A stretch of 64,000 nt of DNA, from contig CAZLRF010000001.1 of NCBI GenBank assembly GCA_964561785.1, forward strand, positions 77,201 through 141,200, given 5' to 3'. The stretch is from an uncultured Acidobacteriota bacterium (GTDB lineage: Bacteria > Acidobacteriota > Vicinamibacteria > Fen-336). The notes under the pieces are model-generated. The model was not told the DNA's origin and did not search any database. It saw nothing but the letters and a program-made list of their open reading frames with translations. Shown here piece by piece: positions 63,742 to 64,000 of the stretch. Both the position numbers and the translations under genes were made by a program. The first letter of the stretch is position 1. Every line of letters starts with the position of its first letter.

Positions 63742-64000
63742 ATGAACCAGGCCGTCGCGAGCATCTGGCACCCGATCGACGTCGCCATCCTGATCCTCTA
63801 CTTCGCGGCGATGATCGGCATCGGCGTCGCCGTCATGAAGAGGGCGTCGAAGGGGCTCGACTCCTACTTCCTCGCCGGCAACCAGCTCCCCTGGTACGTC
63901 CTCGGCGTCTCCAACGCCTCGGCGATGTTCGACATCACGGGGACGATGTGGCTCGTCTACAACATCTTCGTCTACGGGATGAAGGGGATCTGGCTGCCCT
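63742..64000 (+). CDS. sodium:solute symporter (SSS) family transporter, N-terminal part (continues beyond the window)
   Basis: ATG 63742 follows CCGGAGGACC. MNQAVASIWHPIDVAILILYFAAMIGIGVAVMKR...YFLAGNQLPWYVLGVS is the SSS N-terminal signature. Confidence 0.7.
   Translation, partial: MNQAVASIWHPIDVAILILYFAAMIGIGVAVMKRASKGLDSYFLAGNQLPWYVLGVSNASAMFDITGTMWLVYNIFVYGMKGIWLP

Overview
This 64 kb window is very GC-rich (~70%) bacterial chromosomal DNA. The gene content suggests an Acidobacteria- or Gemmatimonadota-like organism: many Hanks-type Ser/Thr kinases whose N-terminus begins MIGxTLxHYRI, fused to TPR or beta-propeller tails. Most long six-frame ORFs are GC artefacts, so I called about 50 genes by recognisable protein families.

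Confident housekeeping and metabolic genes are:
- DAHP synthase (class I-beta)
- the alkA-ogt alkylation-repair operon (Ada-AlkA fusion)
- a tandem-duplicated, eukaryote-like 6-phosphofructokinase
- single-chain purL
- corA, co-oriented with a LarA-type racemase
- a carbohydrate-active set: GH94 cellobiose-type phosphorylase, GH30, an arylsulfatase, a TAT-exported Gfo/Idh/MocA oxidoreductase, a PF12831-type FAD oxidoreductase, and a DUF5916/CBM9-like protein
- a Baeyer-Villiger-type flavin monooxygenase followed by an alpha/beta-hydrolase
- two DUF4143 AAA+ ATPases

The window is unusually rich in type II toxin-antitoxin modules: three VapBC pairs, two Phd-VapC pairs, one putative antitoxin-PIN pair, and one TacA-TacT (DUF1778/GNAT) pair. 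Most have operator palindromes abutting or overlapping the antitoxin start codon.

The most interesting signals are:
1. the long phosphofructokinase, whose C-terminal half has lost the GGDGS catalytic motif;
2. a Ser/Thr-kinase paralogue family with five full-length copies and at least four decayed copies. The decayed copies include an in-frame amber, internal deletions at PDG microhomology, and chimeric fragments; several share a conserved TAnAAT element 50-70 nt upstream and CTG/GTG at the start position;
3. a gene-graveyard segment at roughly 30.6-33.5 kb;
4. frameshifts at homopolymer runs in adjacent small genes (DUF488, DUF4440), which may be sequencing errors;
5. -10-like hexamers 6-12 nt upstream of several start codons, suggesting leaderless or short-leader transcription.

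I did not recognise any rRNA, tRNA, CRISPR array or obvious transposase/integrase.
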